A DNA stretch of 64,000 bases from Patescibacteria group bacterium UBA4787. GTDB taxonomy: Bacteria; Patescibacteriota; Patescibacteriia; UBA2591; UBA4787. Each line of letters opens with the position of its first letter. The stretch's first letter is position 1. The notes beneath the pieces are model-generated. The model made no database searches. It was not told the DNA's origin and saw nothing but the letters and a program-made list of their open reading frames with translations. This document shows, piece after piece, positions 17,770 through 27,063 of the stretch. The position numbers and the translations under genes are program-made. The stretch covers positions 85,625 to 149,624 of the forward strand of contig DHGX01000001.1 of NCBI GenBank assembly GCA_002402995.1, read 5' to 3'.

Positions 17770-18955
17770 AAATTTCGAGACATCGGGAAAAGAGAAAAAT
17801 GAATCAAAAATCTTTGATCCGGTTTTAGAGTTGGAAAATATTAAACAAATCGAGGATCACGCTGAACGCCATGAGAAAATTAAAGAATACAAAGCAAAAT
17901 TAACGGAGCAAAAAGAGAGAATAGCCACCATGCAAGATTTGTTAATTAATTTTATTCGCCAAAACCCCGATATTCCACTCGACGAATTGTTGCAAAAATT
18001 AGAAAAAATGGGCAAAAATCTTAATTTAGCGGATTGGCAGACTGAGATCGGCAGAAAAATTTTGACTGAATACAATCGCCGTCATAATTTAATCAAAGAA
18101 TTGAAAGGGCAATATCCGGACGAACAAGAATTATTTTATTTTCTATTCGGCTGGAAACCGGAAGGAAAAATTGAATTTGTTGAAGGCCCCATAACCTTAA
18201 GTATTATTTGCCACGGATCTCGTGATTACGATAAGCTTCATTTCACTAACGGCGAATACCAAATAGGAGAAATTGAAATTACGAAGGAAGGATTAAAAGA
18301 AAGCACGAAGTCAGGGGGCTGTCATCTACACGGCTTAAAAGAACCATATAATGACTTAGTAAACATATTGAGGACAGATGTCGATAATTTTGACAACCTT
18401 CTAAATCACGAGGAACGGCATGCTATTTATAGTTTGTTCTCAGAAGTTTTCATAAAAGAAATAAACTGTTTATTCTTTGAGAAAGATTCTTCGCTTGAAG
18501 AAAATTTCGGTATCATAAGGAAATATGTGCGCGAACGCTGTTCTTTAGAAGAGGATGGGGCGGCAGACGAGATATTGGCATTTTTAAATGAGAGCGGGTG
18601 GTTCCCGCCAGAAGAAATTTTTGAATTATTAATTGAACCAGACGGTTTATATAATTTCACTGATTTAAGCAATATAGATCTGGTTAAGGAATGTTATGAT
18701 GAACTTAGAGGGAGTCTTAAATTGCCGCCGTCAGAAGATTTAAAAAGGAAGATTGAGAATATAGTTACAGAAATTTGGGTAAATGATTTTCAGAAACATA
18801 TTCAGGAGGGTATAAGGGCCTTTATGCTTTTAAAAGATTTGAATTTTTCTAACGAAGAAACGATGGCTTTTTTGTCAATCGAACCATTAGCCAAATGGCC
18901 CAAGGCGGTTAATCGTTTAATTGAACAGCGTCAGCTTAAGGGTAAATTAAATTAA
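17750..18955 (+). CDS. Hypothetical protein with HEExH motif, paralog of the previous gene
   Basis: LNHEERHAI, later DEILAF; tandem paralog. Confidence 0.75.
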   Translation: MVDKINKNFETSGKEKNESKIFDPVLELENIKQIEDHAERHEKIKEYKAKLTEQKERIATMQDLLINFIRQNPDIPLDELLQKLEKMGKNLNLADWQTEIGRKILTEYNRRHNLIKELKGQYPDEQELFYFLFGWKPEGKIEFVEGPITLSIICHGSRDYDKLHFTNGEYQIGEIEITKEGLKESTKSGGCHLHGLKEPYNDLVNILRTDVDNFDNLLNHEERHAIYSLFSEVFIKEINCLFFEKDSSLEENFGIIRKYVRERCSLEEDGAADEILAFLNESGWFPPEEIFELLIEPDGLYNFTDLSNIDLVKECYDELRGSLKLPPSEDLKRKIENIVTEIWVNDFQKHIQEGIRAFMLLKDLNFSNEETMAFLSIEPLAKWPKAVNRLIEQRQLKGKLN

Positions 18956-18978
18956 AATTAATTAATGATAATTTAATC

Positions 18979-20271
18979 ATGAAAAAAGAGAGCAAAAAAT
19001 TACCGCAAGGCTTACTTGAATACACAGTCGAGCTTTCAGCTGAAGAAATGAAGCCATATTTTGATCATGTTTTTGAAGAGATGGCAGTTAATCTTAAAAT
19101 TGACGGATTTCGGCCGGGCAAAGTTCCTACGGAAACAGCCAAACGCCATATTAACGAGGCCAAAATTTTGGAAGAGACAGCCGAGCGAGCGATTAACGAA
19201 AAATATCAAGAAATAATGTTGGCTGATAAGATTGTCCCCGCGGGTTTGCCGGAAGTTCACATTCAGAAAATTGCTAAAGATAACCCTTTTATATTTAAAT
19301 TTACCGTCCCTCTTCTTCCTAAAGTTAAACTCGGCGATCATAGGAAAATCAAAATTAAAAAAGAGAAGGTTGAAGTAATGGATGGACAGGTTGAAAAAGT
19401 TCTAAATGATTTGCAGAAAATGCGTCGAACGGAAGTCGTTGTTGATAGGGCTATTGGTCCGACAGACAAAGCCGAAGTGGACATTGAGATGTCTTTAAAC
19501 AAGGTTGTGCTGGAAAATGGTGTAGCTAAAAATACCGCGGTAGTAATGGACGAACCTTTTTATATTCCCGGCTTTGCCGAGAAAATATTAGGAGTTAAAA
19601 AAGGAGAAATTAAGGAATTTTCTCTAAAATATCCGGAGGATCATTACGATAAAAAATTGGCCGGCAGGGAAATTGACTTTAAGGTGAAAATTAACAATGT
19701 TTATGAAATTAAACTACCCGAATTAAATGACGAATTCGTTAAAACTTTGGGGAATTTCCCAGATCTTAGCGCCCTCAAAGAGCAAATTAAGAAAAATTTA
19801 ATCGAAGAGCAAGAATTAAAAGCGGACGAAAAAGCCGAATTAGAAATTCTAAAGCAATTAATAGAGGTTTCTGAATTTGAAGAAGTGCCGGAAATTCTTG
19901 TAAAAAGAGAGACCGAGATAATGCTTAATGAAATAGAATCATTTTTATCCCAGCAAAATTTGCGCTTGAACGATTATCTGGAACATCTCAAGAAAACCAA
20001 AGAATCTATGGGCCAAGAGCTGGCGCCTAAGGCGCTTGAGCGCGTTAAAACATCTTTGGCTTTAAGGGAATTAGCTCAAGCGCAAGAAGTCGTGGTTACC
20101 GACGAAGAGGCTGCTAAAGAAATTGAAAAAAGCGTGGTAATGTATGCCAATGATCCAAAAACATTAGAAAAACTTAATAGCGAATCGTACAAGAATTATG
20201 TTAGACAGATGATGACCACCAGAAAAGTCATAGAAAATCTAAAAAAGGACACCCTTAAAGAGAATAAATAA
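18979..20271 (+). CDS. tig: Trigger factor
   Basis: IDGFRPGKVP ribosome-binding motif, FKBP-like YIPGF..I.G, LPELNDEF. Confidence 0.95.
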   Translation: MKKESKKLPQGLLEYTVELSAEEMKPYFDHVFEEMAVNLKIDGFRPGKVPTETAKRHINEAKILEETAERAINEKYQEIMLADKIVPAGLPEVHIQKIAKDNPFIFKFTVPLLPKVKLGDHRKIKIKKEKVEVMDGQVEKVLNDLQKMRRTEVVVDRAIGPTDKAEVDIEMSLNKVVLENGVAKNTAVVMDEPFYIPGFAEKILGVKKGEIKEFSLKYPEDHYDKKLAGREIDFKVKINNVYEIKLPELNDEFVKTLGNFPDLSALKEQIKKNLIEEQELKADEKAELEILKQLIEVSEFEEVPEILVKRETEIMLNEIESFLSQQNLRLNDYLEHLKKTKESMGQELAPKALERVKTSLALRELAQAQEVVVTDEEAAKEIEKSVVMYANDPKTLEKLNSESYKNYVRQMMTTRKVIENLKKDTLKENK

Positions 20272-20298
20272 TCTTGGTTCTAATTTTAATTATCATTT

Positions 20299-20820
20299 AT
20301 GTTAGTGGCAGTTTTTTCTGATACGCACAACAATTTAACTAATCTCGAGAGAGCTATCAACATTCTCAAAGAATATCCGACGATTAAAGATTTAATCCAT
20401 TGCGGTGATATAGCGAACAAAGAGAGTTTGTTTTACCTCAGTAATAAATTTAAAGGAAATATCTTTATTGTATTTGGCAATATAGATAAAGAATTTGGTT
20501 TAGATGAATTTCTAGATAAACACCCCATAAAAAAAATAAAAATATTTAAAAATTTGGGATCGATAGAATTGAGCGGACGAAAAATATTCTTTATTCATAA
20601 AAAGCAAGATTTACCGCCAGGTTGTCAATTGGCGGATAAAGACGCCGATATAATCTTTTATGGCCATACGCATCGTCCGTGGGAGGAAAATTATGGCGGA
20701 ATTAGATTGATTAACCCCGGTAATCTAGAAGGAACTTTTTGTCGTCCGACTTTCGCTATTTATGATACTGCGAGCCAGGAAGTTAAATTAATCGACTTGG
20801 ACTTTTTTAAGAAATCTTAA
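20299..20820 (+). CDS. YfcE/MJ0936-type metallophosphoesterase
   Basis: SDTH, HCGD, VFGNID, YGHTH, INPG. Confidence 0.9.
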   Translation: MLVAVFSDTHNNLTNLERAINILKEYPTIKDLIHCGDIANKESLFYLSNKFKGNIFIVFGNIDKEFGLDEFLDKHPIKKIKIFKNLGSIELSGRKIFFIHKKQDLPPGCQLADKDADIIFYGHTHRPWEENYGGIRLINPGNLEGTFCRPTFAIYDTASQEVKLIDLDFFKKS

Positions 20821-20979
20821 TTTTATGCGGGGTCTTGCCATTTTTTATATTTGTGTTAGTATTTATATACCTCTAATCGAACGAACATTATATCGATCAG
20901 AGGGCTAATAATAAAATTTTAAGCATTGAATTGTGTTAGTTCGTAAACCCAGTTGTGCTTAAAATGTTAAGGTTTTAAG

Positions 20980-21264
20980 ATGGCAAAGAATTTATTCGTA
21001 GGGAATCTTCCTTACAAAACCACCGGCGACGATTTAAAAAATATGTTCGCCCAAGCTGGAGAAGTCGAATCAGCTAGCGTTATCTCCGACAAATTTTCCG
21101 GTCGTTCACGAGGTTTCGGCTTCGTAGAAATGGCCGACGAAGATGCGGCCCAAGCAGCCATTAAGATGTTTAATGACTATGATATCGAAGGTCGTAAGTT
21201 GTTAGTTAACGAAGCTCGACCCAGGCAAGAAGGTGGTCGACGCAGCAATTTTGACAGAAATTAA
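20980..21264 (+). CDS. RRM (RNP-1) RNA-binding protein
   Basis: LFVGNL (RNP2) and RGFGFVEM (RNP1). Confidence 0.95.
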   Translation: MAKNLFVGNLPYKTTGDDLKNMFAQAGEVESASVISDKFSGRSRGFGFVEMADEDAAQAAIKMFNDYDIEGRKLLVNEARPRQEGGRRSNFDRN

Positions 21265-21290
21265 TTATTTCATATCAAATAACATCTGCG

Positions 21291-21320
21291 AAAAAGCAGC
21301 CCCGTCAGGGGCTGCTTTTA
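21291..21320 (+). terminator. Bidirectional intrinsic terminator
   Basis: AAAAAGCAGCCCC-GTCA-GGGGCTGCTTTT. Confidence 0.85.
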
Positions 21321-21341
21321 TTGTGGAGATAGTATTTATTT

Positions 21342-21553
21342 GGCAAGCAAGGGGAGTTGAACCCCTGTTATCAACTTACTCGTCCTCCGCAGCAGCAGAA
21401 AGCGAGTGAGGGGAATCGAACCCCTGTCATCAGCTTGGAAAGCTGAGGTAATGCCATTATACGACACTCGCACGAACTGTTACGGAGGATGGAGAAAGCT
21501 TCCACCGTCGTTGAAACAACTATGGCGGACAAGGAGGTAATACCGATACCTGC
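21342..21553 (-). pseudogene. Degenerate tRNA-Gly 'shell' interrupted by two palindromic insertions, one carrying the intact tRNA-Gly
   Basis: Minus strand: GCAGGTA TC GGTATTACCTC [ins] AGCTTTC [ins+tRNA] AAGTTGATAAC AGGGGTTCAACTCCCCT TGCTTGC; acceptor stem still pairs; aligns to the inner tRNA-Gly but lacks the 5' D-arm. Confidence 0.7.
21401..21471 (-). tRNA. tRNA-Gly(TCC)
   Basis: GCGAGTGTCGTATAATGGCATTACCTCAGCTTTCCAAGCTGATGACAGGGGTTCGATTCCCCTCACTCGCT folds as a cloverleaf. Confidence 0.95.
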
Positions 21554-21583
21554 CCGTCCAAACTAGAATTCAGAATAAGGAGT

Positions 21584-22375
21584 TTAACGCTCCTTATTCT
21601 TATCAATAATCGATTTATAGTATTTTTCTATATCGAGATCAATTTCATCAATTAAATACGGGCCGCCCACTCCAGCGAGTTTGGGTGCGCGCATCCAATT
21701 ACGAACCCTATCGTCAATACGATATTCACGCAAACCAGAAACCAGATATAAATAGCGTGGATTTTTTTCTCGATAAAGATTTTTATAGGTAGCGGCATAA
21801 AAAGCCATAGGTATATCTTGGTCTCGTTCATCCATTTCTGTACCTATGATATTAAATAGAGAGCCGCCGCCCGCCAAATTCTTTTTAGAAATTTCTTGAT
21901 TAGACGTATGATAACCTAAATATCGTCCGAGTTCTTGCGATATTTCGGCGATGCCCCAAAATATTGCTTCGGCAAATGCCGTTGGATTATTTTTTATTTC
22001 TGGTTTGTTTTCCACGTTTTCTTCAATAACCACTCTGATTACCTTCAAACGATTCTCGATTGGTGTAGCCAGAACAGCATCAACTACATCTCTGTTTTTT
22101 TGTTTTTTGACTAAACTAACAAATTCGTTTACAACTTTTTCTTCTAGGCCGACTTTTTTTAAGTCGTTGATAAAATCTAGCAGGATTTTCGAAAAAGCAA
22201 TTTCTCGAAAAATAATTTCTCTAATTTTTTCGCCCTCTTTCTCACTACCGGGTTCGTGGAATTCGGCCGTCTCCCTGAAAATCGTTTCTTTCTGGTCAAA
22301 GATTTCTGTAATCGGTTTTTCGGATTTTTTACCGACGATTTCTTGTTTGAATGTTGGTTTTTCAAAGGGAGTCAT
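21584..22375 (-). CDS. Hypothetical protein
   Basis: 263-aa ORF with CPR-style charged N-terminus; GYHTS and FYA..YKNLY motifs of unknown function. Confidence 0.7.
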   Translation of the reverse strand: MTPFEKPTFKQEIVGKKSEKPITEIFDQKETIFRETAEFHEPGSEKEGEKIREIIFREIAFSKILLDFINDLKKVGLEEKVVNEFVSLVKKQKNRDVVDAVLATPIENRLKVIRVVIEENVENKPEIKNNPTAFAEAIFWGIAEISQELGRYLGYHTSNQEISKKNLAGGGSLFNIIGTEMDERDQDIPMAFYAATYKNLYREKNPRYLYLVSGLREYRIDDRVRNWMRAPKLAGVGGPYLIDEIDLDIEKYYKSIIDKNKER

Positions 22376-22634
22376 AGTTTTGTGATTATTTATTTAAAAT
22401 AATCCTACTTTAATTATATATCCGAATTAGATAATTAGCAAGATTTTGATTTAAATTGTGACGTATTTGTGGGTTATTTCCGAGCGAACGAAAAAAACGC
22501 ATAGTTAATACCTTTTATTTGACTGTCTTAATAATTATACAATCATCAAAAACGATTTGCTTAAAAATCTAATGACATTTATAATAATATCGTAAGTTGA
22601 TTATTCTAAATAATTTTAATTTTAATTTAAATTT

Positions 22635-23735
22635 ATGCGTAAAAGATTTTTTTATTTTGGACTATTGAGTCTAGCGATAGTTTTGACAGTATTTAGTTCT
22701 GCGGCAAAGGCTCAAGCTGCGCCAGTCAGCGCTCCGACAAAGATTGAATCAACGGTTAACACCGAAGCCCCAGCATTTTTGTCCTTTCTAAAAAATTTAG
22801 TTCAGAATATTAGATTAATTTTGACTACAGACCAAGTTAAAAAAGCTGAAATACAATTAAGATCAGCCGACCAGAACATTGCCGCGCTTAAAAGTTTATG
22901 CGATGAGCAAAAATGCGATTCAATTGAAAAACCCCAAAAATATTTAAATCGATTCGAAGAAAAGTTTCAAAAAAGCATTGATCAACTAGAGAAAGCCGAG
23001 CAGCAAGGAAAAGACGTGGCTAGTATGGTCGAGCAGTTGAAAGAAAATCATTTGCGCCAACAAGATGTTTTAGGCAAGGTTTTAGAAAAAGCTCCGGCAT
23101 TGGCCCAGCCGGCCATTCTTAATGCGATTGAAAAATCCAGCGCCAGTTTAGAAAATGCCATTGGCAAGATTGAAGGCCAGGAGAAAGCCAGCGAATTTAG
23201 GGTAAAATTAAATTTACAATTAAATAATCTAGGAGAAGCGGCGAGAAATAAGATTAAAGAGAAGATTCAATCAAAAATTCAAGAGAAAGCCAATTTAATT
23301 GAACAGGGGTTAAATCAGCCTGACGCCGCGCCGATCAAAGAACTGCGGAATGCCATCAAAAAACAGGGTGAACCGTTGTATCAGCAGGGCGCTCCTATGC
23401 TTAAAGAGCTGGAAAAGCAAGTAGATACCTTAAACAGCCAAGATTCTAAGAGAATAGTTCCCTCAACGTTAATTTTCTTTTACGGCTCAAGTTGTCCCCA
23501 TTGCCAAAATGTGGAAAAATATTTTACGGACAATAAAATCGCGGAGAAAATTAAATTTGATCAAAAAGAGGTATACGCCAATCCTAAAAATTCGGCTTTG
23601 TTGGTCCAATATGCCAAAAAATGCGGTATTAACGAAAACGAAATCGGCGTTCCTTTGCTTTGGGATGGATCAAAATGTTTTGTCGGCGATCAGGCGATTA
23701 TTGTTTATTTTCAAAGTATATTGGGCTTGAAATAG
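22635..23735 (+). CDS. Exported protein: DUF5667-like helical region plus C-terminal glutaredoxin/thioredoxin-like domain
   Basis: Signal peptide; LKNLVQNIRLILTTDQVKKAE; FFYGSSCPHCQNV..GVP...VGD. Confidence 0.75.
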   Translation: MRKRFFYFGLLSLAIVLTVFSSAAKAQAAPVSAPTKIESTVNTEAPAFLSFLKNLVQNIRLILTTDQVKKAEIQLRSADQNIAALKSLCDEQKCDSIEKPQKYLNRFEEKFQKSIDQLEKAEQQGKDVASMVEQLKENHLRQQDVLGKVLEKAPALAQPAILNAIEKSSASLENAIGKIEGQEKASEFRVKLNLQLNNLGEAARNKIKEKIQSKIQEKANLIEQGLNQPDAAPIKELRNAIKKQGEPLYQQGAPMLKELEKQVDTLNSQDSKRIVPSTLIFFYGSSCPHCQNVEKYFTDNKIAEKIKFDQKEVYANPKNSALLVQYAKKCGINENEIGVPLLWDGSKCFVGDQAIIVYFQSILGLK

Positions 23736-23849
23736 GCTTTAATTTGAGAAGTAAGGGTCATTGACGAAAAAATTATCATTGGTAAAATATTAATGCAAAT
23801 AAAATCACGCAGCTTTGATCGAGCCGCGTGATTTTTTATTGAACAAATT

Positions 23850-24797
23850 TTATTTAATGCCGAGCATCTTGTCTATTTCTTTTTTTGATCTAGGCACCTC
23901 GATGCCGCGGCTTCGCAATCCTTCTGTAATTTTCGATTTGGAATTTTTTCCAGAATTTTCGGATATCTGTCGTATATCTGAAATATTTAATTGCGAAGAT
24001 AGTTTTCTGATTAAACGGTCTATTTTATTGCTGTCATCGGTTAAGTCTGCCAAATAATCATACAGAAAATCTTCAACAAAGATTTTAGCCAAAAGTTCGT
24101 CGTTATATTCTTTATCAAAGATTATTCTTCTTATAGTTTCATCGGCTGAGGAATAAATTTGGGGATATTGATTAAAAGAGTGAGAAAGGTTGATGTTGCC
24201 CGCTTTAAGGTCTTTATAAAGATGAGTATGAAGAGAGCCTAAAGAAATTAAGATTTTTAATTCTTTCCTGTTCTTATAATTCGGATTGTTGTCTAAAAAT
24301 TTTTTAATCTCATTTTTTATATTCTCTTTTATTTTTTCCTCTCTGGTAATGTTGGCCTCGGCTTCACCACGAACATATAAACGAATTTTTTCTATAGCCT
24401 CATCAAATTTTCCTTCTGCGAAGAAGCCCAAAGATTTTTCGAATATTTTCCGAGAGCTTCTGAACAATTTTCTTATTTCGGTGGCCTCTTTAGAAATATC
24501 AACAATAATAATGGGTTTTTTTGAATTATAGATTAAGCCATCTAAATAATTTAGAGCGGGATTTTGACAGGCGCTGGGTTTAATTGTGCCTTGGCTTAGA
24601 TCTTCTAAATATTTTTTTTCTTGTTCTCCCCACACATAATTTTCGGGTGCGTAAATGTCTGTTTCTTCAAAGAGCGATTTGATTTCTTTCACGTCTTCTC
24701 TGGTGCCATGTGGACTATAAAAAAAATGATAAGAAATTTTCGGTTCTTTTTCTTGTTGTTCGTCGCCGAGCTCTATCTTGTCGAACGATTTTTCCAT
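23850..24797 (-). CDS. Hypothetical protein, possible TIKI/EreA/ChaN-fold (start revised to MEKSF at 24797)
   Basis: FFYSPH..D, DIYAPE, REEKI, ISLGSLH; paralogous to the domains at 24911-27003. Confidence 0.7.
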   Translation of the reverse strand: MEKSFDKIELGDEQQEKEPKISYHFFYSPHGTREDVKEIKSLFEETDIYAPENYVWGEQEKKYLEDLSQGTIKPSACQNPALNYLDGLIYNSKKPIIIVDISKEATEIRKLFRSSRKIFEKSLGFFAEGKFDEAIEKIRLYVRGEAEANITREEKIKENIKNEIKKFLDNNPNYKNRKELKILISLGSLHTHLYKDLKAGNINLSHSFNQYPQIYSSADETIRRIIFDKEYNDELLAKIFVEDFLYDYLADLTDDSNKIDRLIRKLSSQLNISDIRQISENSGKNSKSKITEGLRSRGIEVPRSKKEIDKMLGIK

Positions 24798-24825
24798 AGA
24801 GATATGGTTAGAACTAAGATATTTT

Positions 24826-24902
24826 TGGTCGGGGTGCGCGGATTCGAACCGCGGACCTTCTGCTCCCAAAGCAGACGCGCTAGCCAGCTGCGCTACACCC
24901 CG
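24826..24902 (-). tRNA. tRNA-Pro(TGG) with encoded CCA
   Basis: CGGGGTGTAGCGCAGCTGGCTAGCGCGTCTGCTTTGGGAGCAGAAGGTCCGCGGTTCGAATCCGCGCACCCCGACCA. Confidence 0.97.
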
Positions 24903-24910
24903 TCTTGAAT

Positions 24911-27003
24911 TTATCTATTATAATCTTGTTTTTCTAATTTTTCAACCAATCTTTTAATACTGTCTTCGTTAGCTTCGTCAACTTCGTCATCAAAAATAAG
25001 TCCTTTTGATTCCAGAAATTTTCCAACTACGAAGATATTATTTGCTCTGATTTGATCTGACATTTTCTTCTCGCCTCTTAAATTTTCTTTTAATTCCACG
25101 GATAGTTTTTTTATCTCATCAAGAGAAATTCTTTTAGAGGCTTGTATAATCAGGCGGCTTATTAACCTTTCGTCTTTTGTTTCTTTGTCGATATGAGTTC
25201 TTATAAATCTTTCTATAAGAGCCTTGGCTAAAATATCTTGGTTAAATTTTTCCGGGCTTATTAATTCTTTTTCTCGTAAGGCAGTGCGATAAGGCTCAAA
25301 AATTATCGGTTTTTCTTGGGGATATTCTCGTTCTACGTTCTGTCCGAATTTTTTAAGATTTATATATGGCAGAGAATGAGATTCGCCCAGAGAAATGAGA
25401 ATATTGATTGCTTCTTTATTTTTTAGGCTGGGCCTATTATTAATAAATCTGGGAAGATATTTTTTCAGAGAATTAATAATATGATGGTCGCGCTTATTCT
25501 GAATATACGCGAAAAGATTCATTTCTTCGTTGATTAATTCTATCGCTTTAGCGAAATTGCCTTTAATGAAATTGTCGAAAACTTTTTGATTATAATTTTG
25601 AAATTTTTCTTCCATTTTTTCTATCTCTTTGTCGCCGCTTGATATATCAGCTAAAAATATTTCTTTGTTTGAGCCAAAAATAAGCTTTACCTCTTCTTTT
25701 TCAAAGTCTTCATAAATAGAGTCGCACCCCCATGTTTCCATAAATTTTTCAGGCGTTAATTCTCCGGCGGAAAGTTTTTTGAGGTCGTTTTTAAAATCCT
25801 CGCTATAGAAAGCAAATTCCGGAATATAAACATCGCAACCTCCAAAGTTTTTTGTAGTGGCGCCACGTTTTCTTTCGAGGTGTGAGGACCTAAGACAAAT
25901 TTAATTTTCATTTTTTCTCTAATCTTCTCTAATTCGTGAGTATCTTCAAGTTCTAAAACTTCAACTAATTCGCGAACCGTTTCGTCGTTAAGTTCGACTC
26001 CTTCTTCGAAAAGCACGCCCTTTGTTTCCAGTAAATCAAAGATTATTTTTATATTTTCTTTCCTGGCTTTTTCGTCTTTTTTATCCTCATAACGAGCCAT
26101 ATTTTCTTTTAATTTTCGGCTCAGGTTCTCAATTTCTTTAATATTTATTCTTTTGTTTATTTCAGAAAGTAGTTTATCTTTAACGCTTTGGTCCTTGATA
26201 AAACCGAACAGGGTGGATAAAAATTCAGTCATTAACGCCCGAGGCAGAAGATCTTTTGATATTTCTTTTTCTGGCATAAATTCTCTTTGCCGTAGCCCTT
26301 GTATTTGCGGTTCAAAGATAAACGGTTTTACCGGAAAGGATCGGCCAACATCATGACTATTTTTTAGTTGAATATAGGCCGGCGTATGGACTGCCCCCAA
26401 AGAAACCAAAACATTGATTTTTGGTTTTTTCTGCAATTTTTTATTTTTGCCAATAATTGCCGGCAAGTCATTTTTTATTTTTTCAGCGATATGTTCGTCT
26501 CGTTTCTTTTCTAAGTCGCTATAAAGATTAATTTCTTGGCTAATTGATTTTATGCCTTCTTCTAAGTCGCCCTCAAGAAATTTATCAAAATTTACCTCTC
26601 GTATTTTTCGGATATTTAGGTATTGATCTAACTCATGTCCATCGTCCGAAACATCAGCTAAGAATATTTCTTTATGCGAGTTGTAGATCATTTTAAGAAT
26701 AGCAAATAAGAAATCAGGAAAATTGCCTCCATGTTTTTCATAAAATTGGCTTGGTGAAAGTTTACCCGCAGAGATATTTTTTAAGTCTTTTTTAACTTCT
26801 GGGCTATAGAAGGCCATTTCCGGAATATAAATATCGCAACTCTCAAATTTTTGTTGAATAAATTTAACGTCTTTGGCAGAGGCATGCCATCCAAATGCAA
26901 ATTCAATTTTCATTTTTTCCCTGATTTCTCGTAAATCTTTTTCCGATAATTCTTTTTTTTTGTTTTGCGGGCGTATTTTCTTTTCTGACGGGGTAGAATT
27001 CAC
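24911..27003 (-). pseudogene. Two-domain tandem-repeat protein split by a 1-nt frameshift at a homopolymer (T6 at 25848-25853)
   Basis: Domain 2 begins in the upstream ORF (KIKFVLGPHTSKENV) and continues in another frame as FGGCDVYIPEFAFYS..KKLSAGELTP into the 24911-25741 ORF, matching domain 1 FESCDIYIPEMAFYS..NISAGKLSP. Confidence 0.75.
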
Positions 27004-27063
27004 GATCAGCCATATTAAAGTTGGTCATAATTATGGATTTGTTTCGTTAAATTTATTTCGCAA

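Noticed and set aside
21342-21553. Reading the nested tRNA loci as group I introns or simple prophage att sites
   Set aside because: The inserts are too short and lack a group I core; no integrase is nearby; both tRNA halves flank the intact copy, unlike attL/attR duplications.
24798-24869. N-terminal extension MGAEGPRFESAHPD of the 23850 ORF
   Set aside because: It is the translation of the tRNA-Pro sequence.
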